From the NCBI GenBank assembly GCA_041891055.1, contig CP169074.1:1871031-1935030 (forward strand): a stretch of DNA of 64,000 bases, in the 5' to 3' direction. This document shows, in pieces, positions 31,901 through 40,962 of the stretch. The position numbers and the translations under genes are program-made. Below the pieces are notes generated by a model. The model was not told where the DNA came from, made no database searches, and saw only the letters and a program-made list of their open reading frames with translations. This stretch comes from Halorutilales archaeon Cl-col2-1 (lineage in GTDB: Archaea > Halobacteriota > Halobacteria > Halobacteriales > Afararchaeaceae). Each line of letters begins with the position of its first letter. Position 1 is the first letter of the stretch.

Positions 31901-32769
31901 AGAAACACGTCGAGGACGAAGCCGACGAACTCATCGAGGACGGACTCGACGAGGACGAAGCCCTCGACACGGCGTCGTACCGTGTCTTCTGTACGAAGCC
32001 CGGTGGATACGGAGCCGGTACGAACAAGGCGGTCGACGAGTCGGAGTGGGAAGACGCCTCCGACCTAGCCGAGATATACGTCGAGTGGGGAGGCTACGCC
32101 CTCACGGGACGTGACGTCGTCGAGTCGAAGGATGTCTTCGAGACACGTCTCGGAAACGTCGAGGCGACACTCAAGACAGAGGACACACAGGAACAGGACG
32201 AGTTCGACTCGAGCGACTGGTACGCCTTCCACGGCGGCTTCATCACAGCGGTCGAGACGGTGAGTGGTGAGAAGCCCGAGTCGTACGTCGGAGACACGAG
32301 TGATCCCGACAGGATAGAGGTCTACACCAACGACGAGAAGGTCAAGAAGGCTCTCAGGGCACGTGTTCTCAACCCCAAATGGATAGACAGCATGAAGGAA
32401 CACGGATACAAGGGTGCCGGCGACCTCGCCCAGACGGTCGACACGGCGTTCGGATGGGACGCGACGACCGACGTCATAGACGACGCCGCCTACGAGGAGA
32501 TCGCCGAGAAGTACGCCTTCGACGAAGATACCCAGGACTGGATGAGAGACGTCAACCCTTGGGCACTCGAGTCGATCACGGAGCGTCTTCTCGAAGCGAT
32601 ACAGAGAGGAATGTGGGACGCCGACGACGAGACCGAGGACGACCTCAGACGCGTCTACTTGTCGGTAGAGGGAGAGATAGAGGAAGAAACAGAAGCGAGT
32701 ATCGACGCCCACAGAGAGTCAGACAGTAGTACTGAGACAGCCAGAACCAAGACGGAGACTGACGACTGA
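28981..32769 (+). CDS. cobN: cobaltochelatase subunit CobN
   Basis: HLGTHGSLEWLPGK, NNPGEGAQAKRR, LPTARNFY, RPRIDVT, NPKWIDSMKEHGYKGA. Confidence 0.95.
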   Translation: MRVAVFSATDNEIGAIERGYTRASDSAEIDLEVRSKRDLKDEDEREGFLEFCLDSDFVLLNLHGPEDSMPGYEEFIDELDDEDKPVCVKSTGDPFALRDTTVDDEVRDRIYDYIDKGGIVNLENLLLYLADRYGTEDAGHDDPVELPTEGIYHPDYPGIEYEDYLETLDDSKPTVGVWFYESQWVHGNTDYIDAVVREIESNGANALPVFLTPTYDEEIDNRPARWVARNWFTRDGESVVDAVVSSLMFSLSMEERGRSGNADEAGDTNAFLEELGVPVIQTVTTMRSRSRYESADQGLMSFELSLSVALPEYDGNLITFPVSGKESVDPSVEMGTSPKRHKPIDHRVERAVSLAVNWARLSYIPNSEKKVAVVLHNYPPTDHGIGTAFGLDSPESAVRLLEGLDERGYETDVPESGEELLDVLTSQLTLDNRWVAPEDVEEIALDTVSEEEYLDWFEDAPEGIREGLVDEWGEPEGEGDYPIPGTKLGNVLVTVQPPRGFGDDPSKIYHSSDLNPPHDYYAFYEWIRHEFEADAVVHLGTHGSLEWLPGKTVGLSESCFPDAMVQDIPNVYPYIVNNPGEGAQAKRRSYAALVDYLTPVMKNAGLYDELAEIEDLCNEYKKSEADKDEAGHLRDLIWERIDESGVDEDIDISREDDFDDVLTRLHSYLNDVKKTQIRSGLHTMGQPPHGEDLVEYLVALTRLGNPGAPSLRKSVTDAMGYDYDEMLDSPSEYVDELGMTWAEATDEVDETCVSLVSELAEEGFDVSGEYVREITRSYLGDSHEDVEEVLSYIADEIKPSLDGAENEISRTADALNGEYVPPGKSGAPTRGNADVLPTARNFYTIDPRTVPSKAAYRVGSEVAESTLKRHLDENGEYPEEMGVVAWGTPIIRSNGETIAEVLRLMGVRPEWSDSGRVEGVEPIPLEDLDRPRIDVTTRVSGLFRDAFPPVAKLLNEAVETVVELDEPHDMNYVKKHVEDEADELIEDGLDEDEALDTASYRVFCTKPGGYGAGTNKAVDESEWEDASDLAEIYVEWGGYALTGRDVVESKDVFETRLGNVEATLKTEDTQEQDEFDSSDWYAFHGGFITAVETVSGEKPESYVGDTSDPDRIEVYTNDEKVKKALRARVLNPKWIDSMKEHGYKGAGDLAQTVDTAFGWDATTDVIDDAAYEEIAEKYAFDEDTQDWMRDVNPWALESITERLLEAIQRGMWDADDETEDDLRRVYLSVEGEIEEETEASIDAHRESDSSTETARTKTETDD

Positions 32770-33446
32770 TGACAGATAAGAAAAACAGACAGAAACAGAA
32801 CGAGCCGAACAGTAACAACCCGTACGCCGACCTAGGAGCGACGACCAAGCAGGGAGAGGCTATCGCGGAGTCGAGCATGGAGTTTGTCCGGACGGTCGTC
32901 GGAGACGAGACCCCCGAGGACAGGATACGCCAGAAGTCGGTACATTCGACCGGTGACATAGAGTTCCAACACTTCATGCGGTTCGAGGGCGATCCCATAG
33001 AGTCGGCGGTCGAGGCTATCAACTCTGAGTCGAAGATAGTCACCGACATAACGATGGCGAAGGCGGGAATCACGTCGCGCGGACATTCGTGTGAAGTCGT
33101 GAAGGCACTCGGACACGGTAAGGAGCTCGCCGAGGAGACAGGTATGACACGTACAGCCGCGGGTGTAGTCGGTACGAAGGATCAGATAGACGGCGGTATA
33201 TTCGTCGTCGGAAACGCTCCAACTGCGGCGTTCAAGCTCTGTGAACTCGTCGAGGAAGAGGGGATCGAGCCCGCGTGTGTCGTCGCGACCCCGGTAGGAT
33301 TCGTCAACGCCGAGGAGTCGAGACAGAGGGTCAGACAGACCGACGTACCCTCGATCACGAACGTCTCGACACGTGGAGGATCGGGACTCGCCGCCGCGCT
33401 CACGAACGAACTCATACATATAGCCTCCGACAGGAGAGAGGAGTAG
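32769..33446 (+). CDS. cbiC: precorrin-8X methylmutase
   Basis: VHSTGD, TDITM, VGNAPTA, PVGFVNAEES, GGSGLAAA. Confidence 0.92.
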   Translation: MTDKKNRQKQNEPNSNNPYADLGATTKQGEAIAESSMEFVRTVVGDETPEDRIRQKSVHSTGDIEFQHFMRFEGDPIESAVEAINSESKIVTDITMAKAGITSRGHSCEVVKALGHGKELAEETGMTRTAAGVVGTKDQIDGGIFVVGNAPTAAFKLCELVEEEGIEPACVVATPVGFVNAEESRQRVRQTDVPSITNVSTRGGSGLAAALTNELIHIASDRREE

Positions 33447-33447
33447 T

Positions 33448-34185
33448 ATGTCGGAAACTCAGACACGAGAGACGGAACAGTCCAGGTTGGGGGACGTTCA
33501 TGCCGTCGGTATAGGTCCCGGTAGTTCCGAGTACGTCACTCTCAGGACGAAACGTCTCATAGAGGACGCAGACGTGGTCGCGGGATTCACCGCAGTAGTC
33601 GAGAAGATCGAGGAACACATCGACGGTGCCGAGGTCGTCGAGATGGGGTACGCCGACGAGGCGGAGAAACTCGAATACGTCGCCGACCTGAACCGCGAGG
33701 GCGACGACGTCGTCGTATGCCTCATGGGTGATGCCAACTTCTCGGGATACCAGTACCTCGAAAAGGTCGAGGACGCCCTCGACGCCGACGTAGAACTCGT
33801 GCCGGGTATAAGTTCAGCACAGGTCGCGGCGAGCCGTTCGAGGACGCCGTTCGAGGAGTCGGTCTTCGTCACACTCCACAAGACGTACGACGAGGGAGAG
33901 ATAGAAGACGACCTCGACGTCATAGTCGACGCGGTGACCTCGGGAAGAAACGCGATTGTGATACCCCTTCCTTACTCGTTCATGCCTGAGGACGTCGCCG
34001 AGCTTCTGATCGACGAAGGAGCCGACACCGACGCCGACGCCTACGTCTACGAGGAGCTGACGATGGACGAGACGCGGTGGGAGGGAACTGTAGAGGATCT
34101 TTCCGACCTCGAAGGCGACGAAGGTAAGGGTGACAGAGAAGAGAGCGCGTTCTCCGATATGACCATCATGGTCGTATCACCATAA
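33448..34185 (+). CDS. cbiE: cobalt-precorrin-7 C5-methyltransferase
   Basis: VGIGPG, MGDANFSGY, PGISSAQVAA; cob cluster context. Confidence 0.82.
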   Translation: MSETQTRETEQSRLGDVHAVGIGPGSSEYVTLRTKRLIEDADVVAGFTAVVEKIEEHIDGAEVVEMGYADEAEKLEYVADLNREGDDVVVCLMGDANFSGYQYLEKVEDALDADVELVPGISSAQVAASRSRTPFEESVFVTLHKTYDEGEIEDDLDVIVDAVTSGRNAIVIPLPYSFMPEDVAELLIDEGADTDADAYVYEELTMDETRWEGTVEDLSDLEGDEGKGDREESAFSDMTIMVVSP

Positions 34186-35536
34186 CACGTAGGTCGCTGA
34201 CGTTCGTCGAGGTCTCTCCCGTGACGACGAGACCGTCTCTCTCGTCGAAGAAGGTGTACGACGAGTTTTCTTCGAGTGCCACGGCGGCTTTCTCGGGGTC
34301 GTCTATGGTCTCGGTGCTACCTACTGCACCAGCCGCACCCCCGACGCCGTCGATACCGTCTGTGTCGACAGCCGCGATGCCTACTTCGACCTCGCCCTCA
34401 TCCTCATTCAACTCTCCGACGCCGCTCTCGTACAGACTCAGGAGACACGAAAGCACGAACTCCTGGTTGGGTCCGCCGTCTCCGTCCCCCGTGACTTCGA
34501 CTGTTGTCTCTCCGCCCGATATGACTGCACACGGCGGCTCGGCGGGATTACCCGTTCTTACGCACTCGCGGAGTACCGAGGCGTGGAACTCGCCGACGTC
34601 TCTCGACTCGCCCTCTGTGAGGGAAGAGAGGACAACGGTCTCGTAGCCGTGATTCTCGACATACTCCCTTGCGGCGTCGACCGCGTCGAAGGTGTTTGCG
34701 ACGACGACGTTGTCTACTTTCTCGAAACAGATGTCGCCGTAGCTCGGTGTTTCGTCCCATTCTCCCTCGACACCTTGGGTGAGACGTCGCACTACGGCGT
34801 CGGGACACTCGTCGTAAATCCCGTACTCTCTCAACGTCTTGACCGCGTCGGAGTAGGTCGACGCATCGGGAGACGTTGGACCGCTCGCTATGACGCTCGT
34901 GTCGTCACCCACGACATCCGAGACTATCACAGAGACGGTACGTGCGAGATCGAGTTCGCGCGCGAGCCTCCCTCCCTTTATCTCCGAGAGATGTTTGCGT
35001 ACCGAGTTGATCTCGTCTATCGACGCGCCGCTTTCAAGGAGTAGACGGTTCGTCCTCCTCAGGTCTTTAAGCTGTATCCCGTCAGCGGGTGCGGTCATGA
35101 GGGAGCTACCCCCTCCGGTGACCACGAAGACAACGAGGTCGTCCTCGTCGGCTTCTCTTGCCGTCTCAACGACCTTCGTCGCTCCCTCGACGCTCGTCTC
35201 GTCGGGGACGGGATGTGACCCCTCCACTGTTTCGACCCCTTCTATCCCCACGGGATCGGAGTCAACGACAACCCCTCCGTCTACGCCTCCGAGACGCTCG
35301 ACTATCTCACGCGCGAGTACGCTCGACCCCTTTCCGCCGCCTACCACGAGAACTCTCTCGAAGCGCGAGACCTCGAGGCTGAGATCTGATCCTTCGATAC
35401 ACATACTGTCACCGTCGAACTCCATCTTTTTTTCCACGACTTCCTTGGGACTTACGGCTTCTATCCCTGTCTCTACGGCTTCGACACAGACTTGTCCTGC
35501 GAACACCGTCTCGTACTCGCGCTCGAACTCCACCAT
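34166..35536 (-). CDS. glycerate 2-kinase (MOFRL family)
   Basis: GGGKG, HPVPD, TGGGSSL, RKHLSEIKGGRLA, SDVVGDD, GGETTV, GGPNQE, DTDGIDG, TNVSDL; start at ATG 35536. Confidence 0.9.
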   Translation of the reverse strand: MVEFEREYETVFAGQVCVEAVETGIEAVSPKEVVEKKMEFDGDSMCIEGSDLSLEVSRFERVLVVGGGKGSSVLAREIVERLGGVDGGVVVDSDPVGIEGVETVEGSHPVPDETSVEGATKVVETAREADEDDLVVFVVTGGGSSLMTAPADGIQLKDLRRTNRLLLESGASIDEINSVRKHLSEIKGGRLARELDLARTVSVIVSDVVGDDTSVIASGPTSPDASTYSDAVKTLREYGIYDECPDAVVRRLTQGVEGEWDETPSYGDICFEKVDNVVVANTFDAVDAAREYVENHGYETVVLSSLTEGESRDVGEFHASVLRECVRTGNPAEPPCAVISGGETTVEVTGDGDGGPNQEFVLSCLLSLYESGVGELNEDEGEVEVGIAAVDTDGIDGVGGAAGAVGSTETIDDPEKAAVALEENSSYTFFDERDGLVVTGETSTNVSDLRVMVIRP

Positions 35537-35590
35537 GTTCTCACGGATGCCCCCGACAGAAAAAAGTCGTTCGAGATCCGATCTTAGGTG

Positions 35591-37207
35591 ATGAGAAGAC
35601 TCGGTATAGCCATAGCCGTCATACTCGCCGTCTTCGTCCTCTCGACGGGAGCCGTCGACGCCGAGACAGCCTACGAGGTGGACGTCGATGGACCGACCGC
35701 AGAGGTTACGGCGTCGTTCGACCTCTACTCCGATGACCCCGTAAACTACTGGACGACATCCTTCGGAGTACCCGAGGGATCGCGGGTCGTTTCTGTCGAG
35801 GACACTCACGGCGATATAACCGACTACAGCCTCGAAGTCTCTACTCTCCGGGTTGAGACAAATAAGGCGGAGCGGCGGAGTAAGGAGACAGTCGAGGTCG
35901 AGTTTACGACCTCAGATGTCGTCAGAAGCCGTTACAACGGTGTCAGAGTCGTGAGTCTGAGTCTCTCGGGATACGAGGATCTCAGAGAAGACGTCCCTGA
36001 CGAGGTCACGACCGTAGCCGTGAGATCCGACGAGAGGATACTCGCTGAGTCCCACTCGCTCGGCTTCAAGTCGAAAACCGAGCCTAGAAGAGCCGTCTAC
36101 GAGGGGGAAGGACCCGTTAACATCTACATGACAGTCGGGGACGGCGGCGAGGAGTACGACCACTACCGACTCTTCGGAGACGGAAATCTGACACGTGCCG
36201 ACGAACTCTACTCCCTAGTGCCCTCTGTCACGGGATTCGAGGCGGAGACCGGGGGAGGTAGACATCCCGTCGTGAGCCTCCCTGACGACGTCTACGACGA
36301 GAAGGTCAACAGATGGAGCCAGGGTCAGTACAGAACCGGCGGTCTCATACTCGTGCGCGAGTCGGTCGCCTCCGAGGACGGAGCACCCGTAGTCCTCCAC
36401 GAGGTCACCCACGCCTACAACGAGGAGGCGCTGAGATGGTCACGTCCGACTGTCTCTTGGTTCGACGAGGGAACCGCACAGTATGTCGAGTTCGTCGCCA
36501 CTAACCGTATCGGAGCGAGACAGCCCGAGATATTCGGTGAGACAGTCGAATGGGAGGATGACTGCGAAGACGGCGACGGCGACGCGAGATGTGTATATAA
36601 ACTCCGACCCCGGAAACAGCCCGACGATCTCTGGGAGTACTACTCCTCGGGCTCCGACTTCATGGTCGACTGGTCGCCCGATAATCCTCGTAACAGAGCC
36701 TTCGGCTACGCTTTCTCCGAACTCGCTGTGAGGAACTACGTCAGACAGAACGGCGAAGGGAGTCTTAGCGGTGTCTATGACTCTCTTCTGAGTACACGAG
36801 ACAGGGTCACAGACCCCCGAAAGTCGAGTCGGGTGGTACTCGATGCGATGGATATGGGTACGGATACGGATCTACGTCCGTGTTACTCCGAGTCGTACGA
36901 TGACTTCGAGGCGTGTCTCGACGAAGTCAACGAGATGGGAGACATCGACGAAGGTAACCGAACTGATGAGACGGTCGACATGGGTGGTGAGGGAGGGACT
37001 CCCGAGATACAGGTCGAGAATGCTACTCCAACTGACCGGGATGCTTCCTCGGAAACTCAGACCGGGGACACGGAGGCCGATCAACAGACCTCGGCTGACG
37101 GCAGCATCGAAAACGGGACACCTGATTCCCCTGAGACGTCTTCGAGGGGATTCGTCAGACGTCTCTTTGACCGGCTACTCTCGGGCATAAGAAGTCTTTT
37201 CAGATAA
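35591..37207 (+). CDS. secreted gluzincin (peptidase MA-like) metallopeptidase
   Basis: Signal peptide; HEVTH followed by WFDEGTAQY. Confidence 0.75.
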   Translation: MRRLGIAIAVILAVFVLSTGAVDAETAYEVDVDGPTAEVTASFDLYSDDPVNYWTTSFGVPEGSRVVSVEDTHGDITDYSLEVSTLRVETNKAERRSKETVEVEFTTSDVVRSRYNGVRVVSLSLSGYEDLREDVPDEVTTVAVRSDERILAESHSLGFKSKTEPRRAVYEGEGPVNIYMTVGDGGEEYDHYRLFGDGNLTRADELYSLVPSVTGFEAETGGGRHPVVSLPDDVYDEKVNRWSQGQYRTGGLILVRESVASEDGAPVVLHEVTHAYNEEALRWSRPTVSWFDEGTAQYVEFVATNRIGARQPEIFGETVEWEDDCEDGDGDARCVYKLRPRKQPDDLWEYYSSGSDFMVDWSPDNPRNRAFGYAFSELAVRNYVRQNGEGSLSGVYDSLLSTRDRVTDPRKSSRVVLDAMDMGTDTDLRPCYSESYDDFEACLDEVNEMGDIDEGNRTDETVDMGGEGGTPEIQVENATPTDRDASSETQTGDTEADQQTSADGSIENGTPDSPETSSRGFVRRLFDRLLSGIRSLFR

Positions 37208-37730
37208 TCTCGACCGAGGTCTCCTCGAATGTCTCAGGATCCCTCACTGTGATCCTTCCGTCCGTATGTATCTTTTCGTCTATCTCTTTCAGAAGTCTCA
37301 GATCCTTTCTGAGACCGTGTCTTACAGCCTCCTTTCTTCCCGACTCCCAGTCGAGAGGAAGAGACCTCATGTCGGGGCGCTCCTCACCGAGGCTGTTCTT
37401 AGTGACGTTGTTGAACGAGACTCGTTTTCCATCCTCGAGACGGTCGTTGACAGCGTCGAGTATGCCGACGAACTCTATTTCCTCGACACCGTCGTAGGCT
37501 TCGAGTGCATCTACCACGAAGCCACTCACACCGACCACCCTCTCTGACTCCTTGAGTATACCGAGGAGGTCGTCGAGATTCTTCTCCTCGAAGAAGTAAA
37601 AGTTGCTGTCCCTCATCACACCCACACACGCGACACCTAGTCTTTCCGGGTCGAGGCTCGCCGACGTATTCGTATTAGCGGTTCTACGTGTAACGACCGA
37701 GACGTAGGCTGTCCCGGAGTAACTCTCCAT
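37200..37730 (-). CDS. hypothetical protein, possibly a degenerate RNase H-like (YprB/RNase_H_2) fold
   Basis: Pattern resembles the exonuclease-like domain (FFEEKNLDDL...VVG...RVSFNNV...W..G....V.....KDL) but canonical acidic residues appear absent. Confidence 0.45.
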   Translation of the reverse strand: MESYSGTAYVSVVTRRTANTNTSASLDPERLGVACVGVMRDSNFYFFEEKNLDDLLGILKESERVVGVSGFVVDALEAYDGVEEIEFVGILDAVNDRLEDGKRVSFNNVTKNSLGEERPDMRSLPLDWESGRKEAVRHGLRKDLRLLKEIDEKIHTDGRITVRDPETFEETSVEII

Positions 37731-37731
37731 C

Positions 37732-38391
37732 TTACTCGAACCCCACCCAGTCTGTCGGGCTCGAACTCAGACCCTTCGCACGTACCTCCTTCCCCTCGTC
37801 GCCTTGTCTGAGCTCTACCATGCCGTCGAATAGTGGCTTGAGGGTCGAGTAAGCCTGCTGCTCGTGCATCTCGGGATCGATTATGAAGAGACCGAGTCCG
37901 TCGACGCTGTCTACACGTCCCGTGAATACGTGGAGGAACTTGAAGACCGTCTGGAGATCGGAGTACATCAGGAGGGTTGAAACCGAGTTGAGGTATATGA
38001 CGTTCCTCTCCACTCCCTTCTCATTCCAGAACTCGTCGAGGAACTGTGAGACGTTTATTCCTATTCCTGTGAGGTCGCTCGGTGAGTTTGCCATACGAAC
38101 GTTGTCGAGATCTATCTCTTCACGACCCTGATCCTTCGAGACGCAGTCGACGACTCCGAACGAGTTTGGGTCGTACCCCGTGACACCGTCGTACCTGTCG
38201 GCTATCTTGTCGCCTGATTCCTCCGTAGCGACGTATATGACGCCTTCGTCCTCGCCCACTGCGTAGGAGACCACCGACTCCTCGAACTGCTTGACCCCCT
38301 CCATGGGAGGAGCCATCACGAGTATATTACTCCCCGGATCTATCTCCCCTACAGCCTGATCTAGATTGTCGACTCCGAGTTTGTACGTCAC
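37732..38391 (-). CDS. RecA/KaiC-superfamily protein with degenerate Walker A
   Basis: KLGVDNLD...PGSNILVMAPPMEG, SPSDLTGIGI, NSVSTLLMY, FLHVFTGRV, LFDGMVE. Confidence 0.75.
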   Translation of the reverse strand: MTYKLGVDNLDQAVGEIDPGSNILVMAPPMEGVKQFEESVVSYAVGEDEGVIYVATEESGDKIADRYDGVTGYDPNSFGVVDCVSKDQGREEIDLDNVRMANSPSDLTGIGINVSQFLDEFWNEKGVERNVIYLNSVSTLLMYSDLQTVFKFLHVFTGRVDSVDGLGLFIIDPEMHEQQAYSTLKPLFDGMVELRQGDEGKEVRAKGLSSSPTDWVGFE

Positions 38392-38526
38392 AGTTTAACT
38401 ACCTCATCTTTCTCCTTTCAGGTGTCTCCCTTCTGCTATGTTTATCTCTGTTATGATCACATAAGTCTTTATCTACATTATCCGGGATTCAAAACCCTTA
38501 ATACCGTAACAGACCTCGGTTGGAGT

Positions 38527-39006
38527 ATGGCAGAGACGATTGATGTTCTAGTCGAAGGCGGCGACGCCTCTCCGGGTCCACCTCTAGGACCCGCTCTCGG
38601 ACCTACGGGAGTCAACGTACAGGAGGTCGTACAGGCGATAAACGACGAGACCGCCGACTTCGAGGGAACCGAGGTTCCGGTCACTATAACAGTCGAGGAT
38701 TCCGACTTCGAGATAGAGGTTGGACTCCCCCCCACCGCAGCTATGATAAAGGACGAGGTCGGCATAGAGACGGGTAGCGGAGAGCCCAACGAGGATTTTG
38801 TCGCCGACATGTCCGTCGAACAGGCGGCTAAGGTCGGACGTATGAAGTCTAAGGATCTCCTGTCGTACGACACGAAGAACGCCACGAAGGAGGTCATAGG
38901 TACATGTGTCTCTCTCGGAATCACCATAGAGGGCGAAGACCCCCGTGTGATGAAGGATAAGATAGACTCGGGCGAGTACGACGAAGTCTTCGAGGACGAA
39001 GAGTAG
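38527..39006 (+). CDS. rpl11: 50S ribosomal protein uL11
   Basis: LVEGGDASPGPPLGPALG, PPTAAMIK, KEVIGTCVSLG; start at ATG 38527. Confidence 0.95.
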   Translation: MAETIDVLVEGGDASPGPPLGPALGPTGVNVQEVVQAINDETADFEGTEVPVTITVEDSDFEIEVGLPPTAAMIKDEVGIETGSGEPNEDFVADMSVEQAAKVGRMKSKDLLSYDTKNATKEVIGTCVSLGITIEGEDPRVMKDKIDSGEYDEVFEDEE

Positions 39007-39087
39007 ATCCAGACTTTTTCCTCTTCCGACTCTCTTTATAAATCTTTCCGCAGGTTAAAGTAGTTAGCCGCCGAATATTCAGGCGGA

Positions 39088-40929
39088 ATGAAAGTTATTC
39101 CGGACACGAGCGTGATCGTCGACGGGCGAATCACGCAGATGATCGAGGAAGGCGAGTTCGAGGGGAACGAGGTAATAGTCCCTGAGGCCGTCGTAGCAGA
39201 ACTTGAGTCACAGGCTAACAAGGGTCGTGAGACAGGTCACAGCGGCTTAGAGGAGCTCAAGAATCTCAAGGAGCTGAGTCAGGAGGGACGTGTAGTCATG
39301 AGATACGAGGGGAGACGTCCCTCGTTCGAGGAGATAAAGCTAGCAAAGGGCGGTGAGATAGACTCTCTCATAAGGGATCTCGCGGTCGAACACGACGCGA
39401 CTTTCGTTACTTCTGACTACGTCCAGAGCGAGGTAGCGCGTGCTAAGGGTCTCGAAGTCATATACTTAGAGCCCGAGCACGAGGAGATAGGCGACTTAGA
39501 GATAGAGAAGTACTTCAACGACGAGACGATGTCGATCCATCTCAAGGAAGGCGTACCCCCGATGGCAAAGAGGGGCAAAGTCGGAGAGATGAGGTTCAGG
39601 AAGATACGTGACACCCCTCTCTCGCGTTACCAGGTCAGAGAGATGGGACAGGAGATTATCGAGGCGGCTGAGAGGAGCGACAACGGCTTCACTGAGGTCG
39701 AACGTGACGGCATGACTATCGTACAGGTACGTGACATGCGTATCGCGATAGCACGTCCGCCGTTCTCCGACGGACACGAGATAACCGCGGTGAGACCCAT
39801 AGCCGACGTCGACCTCGAGGAGTACCGTCTCAGCGAGGATCTCAAGGAACGTCTCATAGAGAAACAGAGAGGAATCATGATCGCGGGTTCGCCCGGCGCG
39901 GGAAAGACGACCTTCGCCCAGGCGGTCGCCGAGTTCCTGATGGATCACGAGTACTCGGTCAAGACTATGGAAGCCCCGCGTGATCTCCAGGTTAGCGACG
40001 AGATTACCCAGTACACACATCTCGAAGACAGCATGGAGAAGACTGCCGACGCTCTCCTGATGGTACGTCCCGATTACACCATCTACGACGAGGTCAGGAA
40101 GGACTCCGACTTCGAGGTCTTCTCCGACATGCGTCTCGCGGGAGTCGGTATGGTAGGAGTCGTCCACGCAACACGTGCGATAGACTCGGTACAGCGTCTC
40201 ATAGGACGCGTAGAGCTCGGAATGATCCCACAGGTTGTCGACACCATCGTACATATCTCCGATGGGGGAATAGAGAAAGTCTATGAGCTACAGTCGGGAG
40301 TTAAGCTCCCCGCCGGCATGACCGAGGAAGACCTCGCACGTCCCGTCATAGAGGTCACCGACTTCGAGACGGGTGACCCCGAGTACGAGATATACACCTA
40401 CAACAGACAGGTCGTCGTGATGCCCGTCGGAGAGAACGCTGAGACAGAACCCGAGAAGGGGTCGTGGAAGCTCGCAGAGAAGGAGATACAGAGGGAGATC
40501 GGAGAGGTCGCGCGTGGATATGTAGACGTCGAGATGAAGGGTGACGACAACGCCGTCGTCTACGTCGACGAGGACGACATACCCTTCGTGATAGGAAAGC
40601 AGGGTGAGACAATCTCCGAGATAGAGGAGAGCCTCGGTATAGGAATCGACGTCAAGTCACACGACGAGAGACCTGAGTCGGAGACTGCTAAGAAGCCACA
40701 GAAGGTAGAGGGCAATGCCGCCGACGTCGAGATGACTTCGAGGCACGTCATACTCAACCTCGAAGGAATGGAGAGTGAGACTGTCGAGGTCTCGGCGGGA
40801 GACGAGTACCTCTTCACTGCGACTGTCGGAAGACAGGGCGACATAAAGGTCTCACGCGGAAGCGAGATTGCCGAGAGACTAGAGGACGCAGTCGACAGGG
40901 GCGAACGTATAGTCGTCAATCCTGTCTAA
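39088..40929 (+). CDS. PINA: PIN domain + PilT/VirB11-like ATPase + KH domain
   Basis: PDTSVIVDG PIN start, GSPGAGKTT, RPDYTIYDEVR, GVVHA, KH motif VIGKQG. Confidence 0.9.
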   Translation: MKVIPDTSVIVDGRITQMIEEGEFEGNEVIVPEAVVAELESQANKGRETGHSGLEELKNLKELSQEGRVVMRYEGRRPSFEEIKLAKGGEIDSLIRDLAVEHDATFVTSDYVQSEVARAKGLEVIYLEPEHEEIGDLEIEKYFNDETMSIHLKEGVPPMAKRGKVGEMRFRKIRDTPLSRYQVREMGQEIIEAAERSDNGFTEVERDGMTIVQVRDMRIAIARPPFSDGHEITAVRPIADVDLEEYRLSEDLKERLIEKQRGIMIAGSPGAGKTTFAQAVAEFLMDHEYSVKTMEAPRDLQVSDEITQYTHLEDSMEKTADALLMVRPDYTIYDEVRKDSDFEVFSDMRLAGVGMVGVVHATRAIDSVQRLIGRVELGMIPQVVDTIVHISDGGIEKVYELQSGVKLPAGMTEEDLARPVIEVTDFETGDPEYEIYTYNRQVVVMPVGENAETEPEKGSWKLAEKEIQREIGEVARGYVDVEMKGDDNAVVYVDEDDIPFVIGKQGETISEIEESLGIGIDVKSHDERPESETAKKPQKVEGNAADVEMTSRHVILNLEGMESETVEVSAGDEYLFTATVGRQGDIKVSRGSEIAERLEDAVDRGERIVVNPV

Positions 40930-40962
40930 AGTAAGCTGAGTAAGAAAGCAGATTAGATCAGC

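Noticed and set aside
26726-34185. Mg-chelatase-like gene as evidence of chlorophyll synthesis
   Set aside because: ChlID next to cobN-cbiC-cbiE is the known haloarchaeal cobalamin cobaltochelatase arrangement.
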